16,174 nucleotides of DNA from Candidatus Hermodarchaeota archaeon (GCA_016839365.1 JAEOUH010000037.1:1-16174), one strand, 5' to 3'. Positions 1 through 6,763 are shown, counted from the stretch's first letter. Numbers and translations: made by a program. Notes: generated from the letters alone by a model not told the origin.

Positions 1-99
1 GATTTCACCGATGGTGATAGAGAGGATCCCATTGGTGGGCCCATCAACTTCAACGTTGATTGTTTGGTTGTTGATGGTGAGTTTATATTTTCGTGTCAA
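1..99 (-). CDS. Probable biotin carboxyl carrier protein (1.3S/MmdC-like), N-terminal part only; runs off the window edge
   Basis: Not in the ORF track. Manual translation from TTG at 99 gives MTRKYKLTINNQTINVEVDGPTNGILSITIGEI..., resembling the typical stand-alone BCCP N-terminus (M-K-K-Y-K-I-T-V-N-G-x-x-Y-E-V-E-V). GGAG RBS at 112-109. Starts 25 nt after the upstream carboxyltransferase stop. The biotinylation motif (AMKM) is not visible in the window. Confidence 0.75.
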   Translation of the reverse strand, partial: MTRKYKLTINNQTINVEVDGPTNGILSITIGEI

Positions 100-124
100 T
101 TAGGGCTTCTCCACGCTATTTTCT

Positions 125-1636
125 TTAATCATAACCCATAGCTTCTCGGCGTCCAGTAAGCACCCAAGGATTCGATCCATTTTTATTAGAACGACGGATT
201 GTCGGCATCTTCAGCGGTTCAGGCTGCATTTCGAGTAGTGCGGCAGTTATTGCGGCCTGCAACTCAGGAGTAAGCTTGCTTAAGGATTCTTGGTCTTTGC
301 GGTGCTCGAAGAATTCGAGGGCAGGCTGTGGGAAAAGGATGTAAGCGATGATGTCTTCGATATTCGAAGTGATGCCTTTGAGTTCAGCTCGTGCCTTGGG
401 AATTGCAGGTTCTAATAGGTCAGCTGGGCGACAAGTAATTGGCTCTTCGTCGCCGATCACAAGCTTCTGGATTGCTGGGTCAATGGGTGCCGGAGGGCGA
501 CCATAATAGCCACGGACATATTGCTTAACCTCCTCAGGGATTGTCTTATAACGTTCTCCAAGTAACACGTTGAGTGTTGCTTGTGTGCCGACAATCTGAC
601 TTGATGGGGTCACGAGAGGAGGGTATCCCATTTCTTTACGGACAATGGGAACTTCGTCCAGCACGTCTTGTAGGCGGTCTAAGGCGTTTTGTTCACGTAA
701 TTGGTTGACCAGATTCGACATCATTCCACCAGGGACTTGGAATTGCAAGACGTTTGTATCCACCCCCACCATGCCACATTCATATGCTTCATATTTCTCT
801 CGGACATCATGTATGTAAGTAGCGATTTCTGATAAGAGATCAAGATTGAGTTTCGAATCCCAAGGAGTTCCTTGAAGGACCGCTACCATAGTTTCTAATG
901 GTGGCTGGGATGTTGATTGTGCTAACGATGAGATAGCCGTATCAACAATATCGACGCCAGCCTTAATGGCTTCAAGATAGGTCATACTTGCCATCCCCGA
1001 AGTGTAATGAGAGTGCAATTGAATGGGGACACTAATTTCCTCTTTCAGACGGGTAACCAGTTCTCGGGCGATAAATGGGCTAAGGAGGCCCGCCATGTCC
1101 TTAATACATATTGAATCAGCGCCCATTTCTTCCAGATATCTGGTCTGCTCCACGAATGTTTCAACGTTATGAACTGGACTTATCGTGTAGCTAAAACTCA
1201 ACTGTGCGTGAGCTCCTGCCTTATGGATGGCTTTTAGGGCGGTTTGCATGTTCCTAGGGTCATTTAATGCGTCGAAGACCCGGAAGATATCGATTCCATT
1301 TGTAGCAGCGAGTTCAACGAATTTGCGAACCGTATCGTCGGGGTAATGACGGTATCCCACGATGTTTTGGCCCCGTAAAAGCATCTGAAGCTTCGTCTTC
1401 TTGATCGCGGCTCGGAGTTGTCGAAGCCGTTCCCACGGATTCTCCTTCAGAAATCGGAGAGGCGCGTCAAAGGTGGCTCCACCCCAAACTTCCATCGAGT
1501 TAAACCCGACCTGGTCCATTTTCTCAGCGATAGGCAGCATATCCTCGGTTCGCATTCGTGTAGCCAACAAGGATTGATGTGCATCACGAAAAGTGGTATC
1601 TGTAAATTTAATTGGCTTGCTAGAAGCGTACGACAC
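125..1636 (-). CDS. Pyruvate/oxaloacetate carboxyltransferase (transcarboxylase 5S / OadA / PycB-type catalytic domain) lacking a biotinyl domain
   Basis: Motifs DTTFRDAHQSLLATRM, EVWGGATFD, MLLRGQN, FRVFDALND, IKDMAG, LHSH, QVPGGM and GYPPLVTPSSQIVG. No AMKM biotin-attachment domain. Start placed at GTG 1636, 8 nt after GAGGTG (1650-1645); the ORF track uses TTG 1642. Confidence 0.93.
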   Translation of the reverse strand: MSYASSKPIKFTDTTFRDAHQSLLATRMRTEDMLPIAEKMDQVGFNSMEVWGGATFDAPLRFLKENPWERLRQLRAAIKKTKLQMLLRGQNIVGYRHYPDDTVRKFVELAATNGIDIFRVFDALNDPRNMQTALKAIHKAGAHAQLSFSYTISPVHNVETFVEQTRYLEEMGADSICIKDMAGLLSPFIARELVTRLKEEISVPIQLHSHYTSGMASMTYLEAIKAGVDIVDTAISSLAQSTSQPPLETMVAVLQGTPWDSKLNLDLLSEIATYIHDVREKYEAYECGMVGVDTNVLQFQVPGGMMSNLVNQLREQNALDRLQDVLDEVPIVRKEMGYPPLVTPSSQIVGTQATLNVLLGERYKTIPEEVKQYVRGYYGRPPAPIDPAIQKLVIGDEEPITCRPADLLEPAIPKARAELKGITSNIEDIIAYILFPQPALEFFEHRKDQESLSKLTPELQAAITAALLEMQPEPLKMPTIRRSNKNGSNPWVLTGRREAMGYD

Positions 1637-1672
1637 GCACAATACACCTCATAAACAGCGTCTTGGCGAGAT

Positions 1673-1692
1673 AGGAGGTATTTATTCCTCCT
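1673..1692. promoter_or_regulatory. Intergenic hairpin AGGAGG-N8-CCTCCT between the two carboxyltransferase genes
   Basis: AGGAGG (1673-1678) and CCTCCT (1687-1692) are exact inverted repeats around an A/T-rich loop. Function unknown. Confidence 0.4.
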
Positions 1693-1722
1693 CGTTTTTA
1701 GTCTTCTGTCTGTCTAGGCTTC

Positions 1723-3282
1723 CTAAAGTGGGCAGTTACCATGCTTCTTTTTTGGTAATGCTTGTCGCTTGGTACGCAACATTTCTAATGCTGCAATCAC
1801 ACGAGGTCGAGTAACAGCAGGTTCTATAACTTCGTCGATGAAACCACGAACTGCCCCAGAATAGGGATTCGCAAACCTTTCTCTGTATTCTGCGATTCGT
1901 TTCGCCCGAGCAGCCTCTGGGTCCTTCGCCTTCTCAATTTCTCGTCGGAAAATGATGTTTGCTGCACCTTCCGGTCCCATGACCGCCATTTCCGTCGTTG
2001 GCCAGGCATACACCACGTCCGCGCGTAAATGCTTTGATCCCAACACCACATAAGCCCCGCCAATGGCCTTTCGAGTTATAACCGTGACTTTTGGCACAGT
2101 GGCCTCAGCATATGCAAAGAGGATTTTAGCACCGTGTCTAATGATACCACGGTGTTCCTGGTCGACTCCTGGGAGAAACCCAGGGACATCCATGAAAGTG
2201 AGCACTGGAATGTTGAATGCATCACAGAATCGGACAAATCGGGCACACTTATCTGACGCATTAATATCCAAGGTTCCCGCGAGATAATTGGGCTGGTTGG
2301 CAACAACGCCCACTGGATGACCATTCAATCGGATGAATCCTACAACCATATTCTGGGCAAAAAGCTCATGCACTTCTAGAAACTGATGATTATCGGCTAC
2401 GCTCAAAATCGCTTGCTTCATATTGTACGGCGTCGTTGTATCATCAGGAAGCAACTCGTTAAGTGTAGGATCCGTTCTTCGTGCATCATCGGCTGGCTCC
2501 ACTGATGGAGGGTCTTCGACATTATTCGAAGGTAAATAAGAAAGGAGTTCTCGGATGAGTTGCAGGCAGTGCTCTTCATTCTCTGCTGCAAACTGCGCGA
2601 CTCCGCTTTTCACGTTATGTGCCATTGCGCCTCCGAGTTCTTCAAACGAGATGACTTCTCCAGTGACCGACTTGATCACGTTGGGTCCTGTGATGAACAT
2701 GCGGCTAGTATTCTTCACCATGAGCGTAAAATCGGTGACCGCAGGACTATATACCGCCCCTCCAGCACAGGGTCCCATGATGGCACTTATTTGGGGAATC
2801 ACACCCGACGCAATTACGTTGCGATAAAAGATCTCTCCATACGCCCCTAGACTTGCCACGCCTTCTTGAATCCGTGCTCCACCAGAATCATTCAAACCGA
2901 TTACTGGTGCTCCTGCTTCCAGGGCTAGATCCATGATTTTGGTCACCTTTTCTCCAAACATCTCACCCAAGGCGCCGCCAAAAACCGTGAAATCCTGACT
3001 AAACACAAACACCAACCGACCGTCAATGGTGCCATACCCGGTCACCACGCCATCGCCGGGTATCTTCTGTTTATCCATCTTGAAATCCGTGCACCGGTGC
3101 TCTACCAGCGCATCGAACTCCATGAAACTGCCCGGGTCCAAGAGCCGGTCAATCCTTTCCCGTGCCGTCATTTTCCCAGCTTTGTGTTGCTTTTCAATCC
3201 GCTCCTTTCCACCACCAAGTGTGGCTTTTTTCAGGCGTTTTTGGAGTTCTTTCATCTTCTTGTTCATCACATCAGAAGGCAT
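1723..3282 (-). CDS. Acyl-CoA carboxyltransferase subunit (methylmalonyl-CoA carboxyltransferase 12S / propionyl-CoA carboxylase beta / MmdA family)
   Basis: Motifs [64 protein letters not shown] and C-terminal KKHGNCPL. Start moved to ATG 3282 (MPSDVMNKK) with GGAGAG 8 nt upstream. The ORF-track extension to 3372 runs over the promoter region. Confidence 0.95.
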   Translation of the reverse strand: MPSDVMNKKMKELQKRLKKATLGGGKERIEKQHKAGKMTARERIDRLLDPGSFMEFDALVEHRCTDFKMDKQKIPGDGVVTGYGTIDGRLVFVFSQDFTVFGGALGEMFGEKVTKIMDLALEAGAPVIGLNDSGGARIQEGVASLGAYGEIFYRNVIASGVIPQISAIMGPCAGGAVYSPAVTDFTLMVKNTSRMFITGPNVIKSVTGEVISFEELGGAMAHNVKSGVAQFAAENEEHCLQLIRELLSYLPSNNVEDPPSVEPADDARRTDPTLNELLPDDTTTPYNMKQAILSVADNHQFLEVHELFAQNMVVGFIRLNGHPVGVVANQPNYLAGTLDINASDKCARFVRFCDAFNIPVLTFMDVPGFLPGVDQEHRGIIRHGAKILFAYAEATVPKVTVITRKAIGGAYVVLGSKHLRADVVYAWPTTEMAVMGPEGAANIIFRREIEKAKDPEAARAKRIAEYRERFANPYSGAVRGFIDEVIEPAVTRPRVIAALEMLRTKRQALPKKKHGNCPL

Positions 3283-3339
3283 ACCAGTTACTCTCCATTT
3301 CAGACAGAATGGTTCCTCTACCGCAGCCACTCCTCTTAA

Positions 3340-3355
3340 ACCCAACCGGTTGGGT
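3340..3355. promoter_or_regulatory. Perfect 16-bp palindrome ACCCAACCGGTTGGGT, candidate operator
   Basis: Read directly and equals its own reverse complement. Lies in the divergent intergenic region and abuts a minus-strand TATA-like TTTAAG (3340-3335). Confidence 0.7.
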
Positions 3356-3379
3356 AAAATCCATGCCCTCAAAAATCAC

Positions 3380-3392
3380 AAAGATTCTTAAC
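3380..3392 (+). promoter_or_regulatory. Putative archaeal BRE/TATA promoter of rubrerythrin
   Basis: AAAGATTCTTAAC ends about 37 nt before ATG 3429. Similar elements sit at similar distances before the genes at 6410 and 6764. Confidence 0.45.
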
Positions 3393-3428
3393 CTAAACCT
3401 GGCTGATACAGTCCGAGGTTAGACCCCA

Positions 3429-4013
3429 ATGTCTAAAACATTAACCGGACTGGTCCAAGCTTTCATCGGCGAAAGCCAAGCCCGTAACAGATACAATATC
3501 TACGCAAAAATCGCGAGAAACGAAGGTTTTGAACAGATCTCTGAAATCTTCGATGTTACTGCTGATAATGAGCGGGTTCATGCCAAGAATTTTTGGCGCG
3601 CTGCCCAAGCAGTCATGAATCAAACTGGCAAACCCATGCCTGAAATCACCGTCGACGCCCTTGCTCCCCTCAAAGTCGGTACAACCGCTGACAATCTTAA
3701 AGCTGCTATCGAAGGTGAAACCCACGAGCACACCAAAATGTACCCTGAAATCGCGGACACCGCTGAAAAGGAAGGCTATATAGAAATCGCCAAACAAGTC
3801 CGTGCCATTGCCCACGCCGAAGTCCATCATGCTGATCGTTACACCGCCTTGCTCAAAGAAATCGAGGCTAAAACTGTCTTTAAGAAAACGAAACCCACCC
3901 GCTGGTTGTGCCGTGAGTGTGGTTACATCCACGAAGGCGACGAACCTCCAGAACAATGTCCTTCCTGTTTCCATGCATTCAAATACTTCCAAGTCCTCTG
4001 TGAAACCTACTAA
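3429..4013 (+). CDS. rbr: Rubrerythrin
   Basis: AFIGESQARNRY; di-iron motifs NERVHAK, GETHE and AEVHH; C-terminal rubredoxin-like WLCRECGY...CPSC. GAGGT RBS upstream. Confidence 0.97.
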   Translation: MSKTLTGLVQAFIGESQARNRYNIYAKIARNEGFEQISEIFDVTADNERVHAKNFWRAAQAVMNQTGKPMPEITVDALAPLKVGTTADNLKAAIEGETHEHTKMYPEIADTAEKEGYIEIAKQVRAIAHAEVHHADRYTALLKEIEAKTVFKKTKPTRWLCRECGYIHEGDEPPEQCPSCFHAFKYFQVLCETY

Positions 4014-4058
4014 GCTGTCTTTCTAGAGGGAATTTATACTTCAGTAGAGCTAGTCTCT

Positions 4059-5456
4059 CTAGTCCCATTCGGAAGGTGGCTCTTGTATTCGGCGTTTCTT
4101 GCCGGAGGCTTCCCATTCAGCCTGGGCTTCTTCTATTGTGTCCCGATAAGCTTTTGGTAGCCGACTTTGAAGTGAGAATCCGCTTTCTTCATCGAGGGCA
4201 TAGGAGAACATGAAGGTGCGATAGGCGGTGTTCAAGGGGCGGAAGATGAAATAGCTCGGAATTGCTGAGAAGATGACAAACACAATGGCGAAGATGATTC
4301 CAATCACTACGGACAAGAAGATATCACTAAAAATGACGATGCCCATGAGATAGCCGAAGAGAAATCCAATCACAATGAAACCAAGCGTTAATAGAGCTCC
4401 AAATAAACTGAACACCGAAGATACGCCGGTCTCGGAAATATACACATCCACAAGCCATTGCCAGGTTAACCGAGCCGATCGTTTGACTGAAGCCACCAGA
4501 CCCCGTTTCTCAATGATTATCGCCGGTAGGGTGAAATAGGTCAGAAAGTAGAATACCGCTCCAATAATCCGACTAGCAATGGCTCCCAGTATCGCAAACA
4601 CCCCTCCTTGACGTTGCCCCCCGCTTTGCGCGGTACTCTGCGCTACAGAAACGGCTGTTCGAACTGCAGCAAACCGAATGATGGTGCCCATAACTCCCCG
4701 AACCTCGTGAGAGGCTCCGGCAAGGTTTGGATCCTGATTTCGATACCAAGTATGGGCGATTGATACGTTGATTCCGTCAAAGATGTAGAAAATTGAGAAG
4801 TAGACGAACAAATAGGGAACTTGCACCAATATAGTCAACGCCCAAAAGATGAGAGACTCAGGGGGGATGCCAATGAGGGGGAGCCAAGTATACATGGCCC
4901 CAAGGGTAGCCATCATGAGAATGCCTGTAAGTAGACTGAACACAGCAGTAACCAGGGGAATAATGAACATCTGCTTTTCCTCAAGTAATAACTGCGCCGT
5001 AAATTCGACCAGTTTGCCAGCGCGTTCAATCTTCTGTCGTCGACGAAACCATATCCATAACTGAATTAGTCCAAAGACTGGAAAGATGAACCCAAACAAA
5101 CCAAAAGGTCCCAAGAACAGGAACATGGCAATTCCAATCACAAACATGAACACGGCTTGAAGCAGCCAAAGCACTCTCAACGTTCCAGCTGCTGCTCTTT
5201 TCATCAAATGAAGAACCAGATAGGCAAGCACTATTCCCAGAAGGATCAAAAACAGGAAAAACCCTGAAATCGCCGGTAAAAAGGTAACAAACCATGGAAA
5301 TGCAAGGAGAATGATCGAAATAATAATCGGAAGAAAAGGTGAAGCGATATAGAAGAGATTGTAGAAACCAAAGCTGTATAGAAGGATTATACCAATCACA
5401 AGGCCTAGAATAGGGCCACGGCCACCACTTGTTTCCTCATACTCGCGATATGACAT
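4059..5456 (-). CDS. Polytopic membrane protein resembling the choline transporter-like (CTL/SLC44/Pns1) and DUF6159 families
   Basis: 465 aa with roughly 10 hydrophobic segments. Segments RQKIERAGKLVEFTAQLL..P, IAHTWY, GASHEVRGVMGTI and FLTYFTLPAIIIEKRGLVASVKRSARL follow the CTL/DUF6159 layout as recalled. The gene is well supported; the family assignment is by eye. Confidence 0.7.
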   Translation of the reverse strand: MSYREYEETSGGRGPILGLVIGIILLYSFGFYNLFYIASPFLPIIISIILLAFPWFVTFLPAISGFFLFLILLGIVLAYLVLHLMKRAAAGTLRVLWLLQAVFMFVIGIAMFLFLGPFGLFGFIFPVFGLIQLWIWFRRRQKIERAGKLVEFTAQLLLEEKQMFIIPLVTAVFSLLTGILMMATLGAMYTWLPLIGIPPESLIFWALTILVQVPYLFVYFSIFYIFDGINVSIAHTWYRNQDPNLAGASHEVRGVMGTIIRFAAVRTAVSVAQSTAQSGGQRQGGVFAILGAIASRIIGAVFYFLTYFTLPAIIIEKRGLVASVKRSARLTWQWLVDVYISETGVSSVFSLFGALLTLGFIVIGFLFGYLMGIVIFSDIFLSVVIGIIFAIVFVIFSAIPSYFIFRPLNTAYRTFMFSYALDEESGFSLQSRLPKAYRDTIEEAQAEWEASGKKRRIQEPPSEWD

Positions 5457-5616
5457 AGGCTACCATATACCACCGTTGTAGTAAAAAAGTTAGCAGGTTC
5501 ACCAATCTTTGAGGCAAAACACCATATTCGAATCTGGAACATGAAATAACTAAGGGTCTTCATAATACCCAAACAGTAATAACCCCCAATTCAGCCAACA
5601 AACCCGGTGACCTACA

Positions 5617-5781
5617 ATGGCACAAAAATGGCAATGTACTGCGTGCGGATATATTTATGACCCTGCAGTCGGTGACCCCGATGGCGGCGTCGAACCTGGT
5701 ACTGCATTCGAAGACATTCCCGCAGACTGGGTTTGTCCGGTATGCGGCGTCGGGAAGGACATGTTTGAGCCGATGGATTAG
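5617..5781 (+). CDS. rub: Rubredoxin (54 aa)
   Basis: Below the ORF-track cut-off. Manual translation [54 protein letters not shown] has the canonical CxxCGYxY...WxCPxCG. GGTGA RBS 6 nt upstream. Confidence 0.97.
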   Translation: MAQKWQCTACGYIYDPAVGDPDGGVEPGTAFEDIPADWVCPVCGVGKDMFEPMD

Positions 5782-5795
5782 CTCGTTAAATGAAC

Positions 5796-5850
5796 ATGGC
5801 GGGGGTAGGCCCCGTATATGGAGTGCCGAAACCGCCGTTTCCTTGTTTTT
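5796..5850 (+). terminator. GC-rich stem followed by a pyrimidine tract downstream of rubredoxin
   Basis: ATGGCGG (5796-5802) pairs with CCGCCGT (5832-5838), with an inner GGG-tagg-CCC hairpin, then TTCCTTGTTTTT. Confidence 0.4.
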
Positions 5851-6083
5851 CGATTAATTGGCTTCTCATTCCGTTCCAGTATTCTTTGAATTTTACGGTT
5901 TCCTGGAAAAGGTGGTTTAAGTGGATTGGAAATAGGGGCTTTGCCTCTTATCTTCCTGTTATTTCCAGGGTTGATTCGATTTCTCCTCTACAGGAATCGG
6001 TTTGGAAGGTGCTCTGGGTCCTTCTAGGCGAGTTCTGGGTTTATTACCTGGTGTGTTAATTCTCCCGCTCAAGAGGTGTCTGT

Positions 6084-6242
6084 ATGAAGACTCAACGATA
6101 TGACCGTTTGAATAATGAAAATGACTTTGACCAGCGAAGAAAAACTGACGAAGAACGCGTCGTTGAAGAAAAGGAACAGAAATCAAGGAAGTACAAGTAC
6201 ATGTGGACCCAGAAAGGTAATCTGGGCAAGGGAGGTATCTAA
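6084..6242 (+). CDS. Small highly charged hypothetical protein (52 aa)
   Basis: Not in the ORF track. MKTQRYDRLNNENDFDQRRKTDEERVVEEKEQKSRKYKYMWTQKGNLGKGGI. GAGGTG RBS 5 nt before ATG, TTTATTA about 38 nt upstream, hairpin plus oligo-T at the stop. Confidence 0.7.
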   Translation: MKTQRYDRLNNENDFDQRRKTDEERVVEEKEQKSRKYKYMWTQKGNLGKGGI

Positions 6243-6283
6243 GAACTCAAGTGTTCTTTTTTACCTCCTTTTTTCTAATTTTT
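6228..6283 (+). terminator. Long hairpin plus T-tracts overlapping the stop of the 52-aa ORF
   Basis: AAGGGAGGTA (6228-6237) pairs with TACCTCCTTT (6262-6271). Inner AAGAAC/GTTCTT stem (6241-6246/6253-6258) with a 6-nt loop. Several T5-T6 runs follow. Confidence 0.6.
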
Positions 6284-6357
6284 CGGTTTCACCTTTAGAT
6301 AGCCTTCTTGGGTTATCTGAATGTGTGTATCTAAAGTGGCTGATGGCCGTTTTCTGT

Positions 6358-6375
6358 GAAAGCGATTCTTTATAG
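6358..6375 (+). promoter_or_regulatory. Putative BRE/TATA promoter of the PC4-like gene
   Basis: GAAAGCGATTCTTTATAG. TTTATA ends 36 nt before ATG 6410, and an AGGTGA RBS follows. Confidence 0.5.
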
Positions 6376-6409
6376 GGTGTATTTTGGTAATGAGAGGTAA
6401 GGTGATTTT

Positions 6410-6712
6410 ATGACGACTGTAGGTGAACCAGTGGCGTTGCCGCGAAGTGAAACCGAAAAAATCTGGGTGTCTCTTTCTGAATGGCAAGGCTTCCTAGGCA
6501 TAGATATTCGAGTTTATTATCAGGCTGGGGAAGCGAGTTGGCGTCCAACCAAGAAAGGAGTCCGCATTTCCTTGGAGCTGAAGGATCAGCTGATTGCGGC
6601 TATCGAGAAGGTGGCCGGGTATGCTGATGATGTAATGGGTGAATCTAGGGGTAAGCCGAAGCCACTTGCGGAGTCTAAAAAGGTAGACGAGGACGAGGGA
6701 GCCGATAAGTAG
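6410..6712 (+). CDS. PC4/p15 (Sub1/YdbC-like) ssDNA-binding transcriptional coactivator family protein
   Basis: IWVSLSEWQG..GIDIRVYY....WRPTKKGVRISL matches the PC4 signature (V..F.G...IDIR.YY...PxKKGI.L). Charged, low-complexity C-terminal tail. AGGTGA RBS. Confidence 0.88.
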   Translation: MTTVGEPVALPRSETEKIWVSLSEWQGFLGIDIRVYYQAGEASWRPTKKGVRISLELKDQLIAAIEKVAGYADDVMGESRGKPKPLAESKKVDEDEGADK

Positions 6713-6763
6713 GAAAACCAAACCGATTTTAAGCTCAACAATGTTAACCTCTCACTGGTAACC

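Noticed and set aside
1651-1725. Stop-codon readthrough (pyrrolysine) linking the 12S- and 5S-like genes
   Set aside because: Two TAGs occur in quick succession, the continuing frame is not the 5S frame, and the protein already ends at the conserved KKHGNxPL terminus.
3283-3372. 30-aa N-terminal extension of the carboxyltransferase given by the ORF track
   Set aside because: It overlaps the palindrome and promoter region. ATG 3282 has a good RBS and gives the normal family length of about 519 aa.
3441-3992. 183-aa minus-strand ORF
   Set aside because: Antisense shadow of rubrerythrin with no motifs.
4023-4062. CTAGAGGGA/TCTCTCTAG inverted repeat between convergent genes
   Set aside because: 22-nt loop, one G-U pair and no clear T-tract; too weak to call a terminator.
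5796-5838. GC-rich fold considered as a tRNA fragment or SECIS
   Set aside because: No T-loop/D-loop consensus, and none of the redox genes has an in-frame TGA at a Cys position.
5657-5857. 66-aa plus-strand ORF
   Set aside because: Out-of-frame overlap with the clear rubredoxin gene.
5790-6059. 89-aa Trp/Phe-rich plus-strand ORF
   Set aside because: No RBS, composition reflects T-rich intergenic DNA, and it runs through terminator-like and promoter-like elements. Not fully excluded.
6115-6375. 86-aa plus-strand ORF
   Set aside because: The alternative frame 6084-6242 has the RBS and terminator. This ORF crosses the T-tracts and the next promoter.
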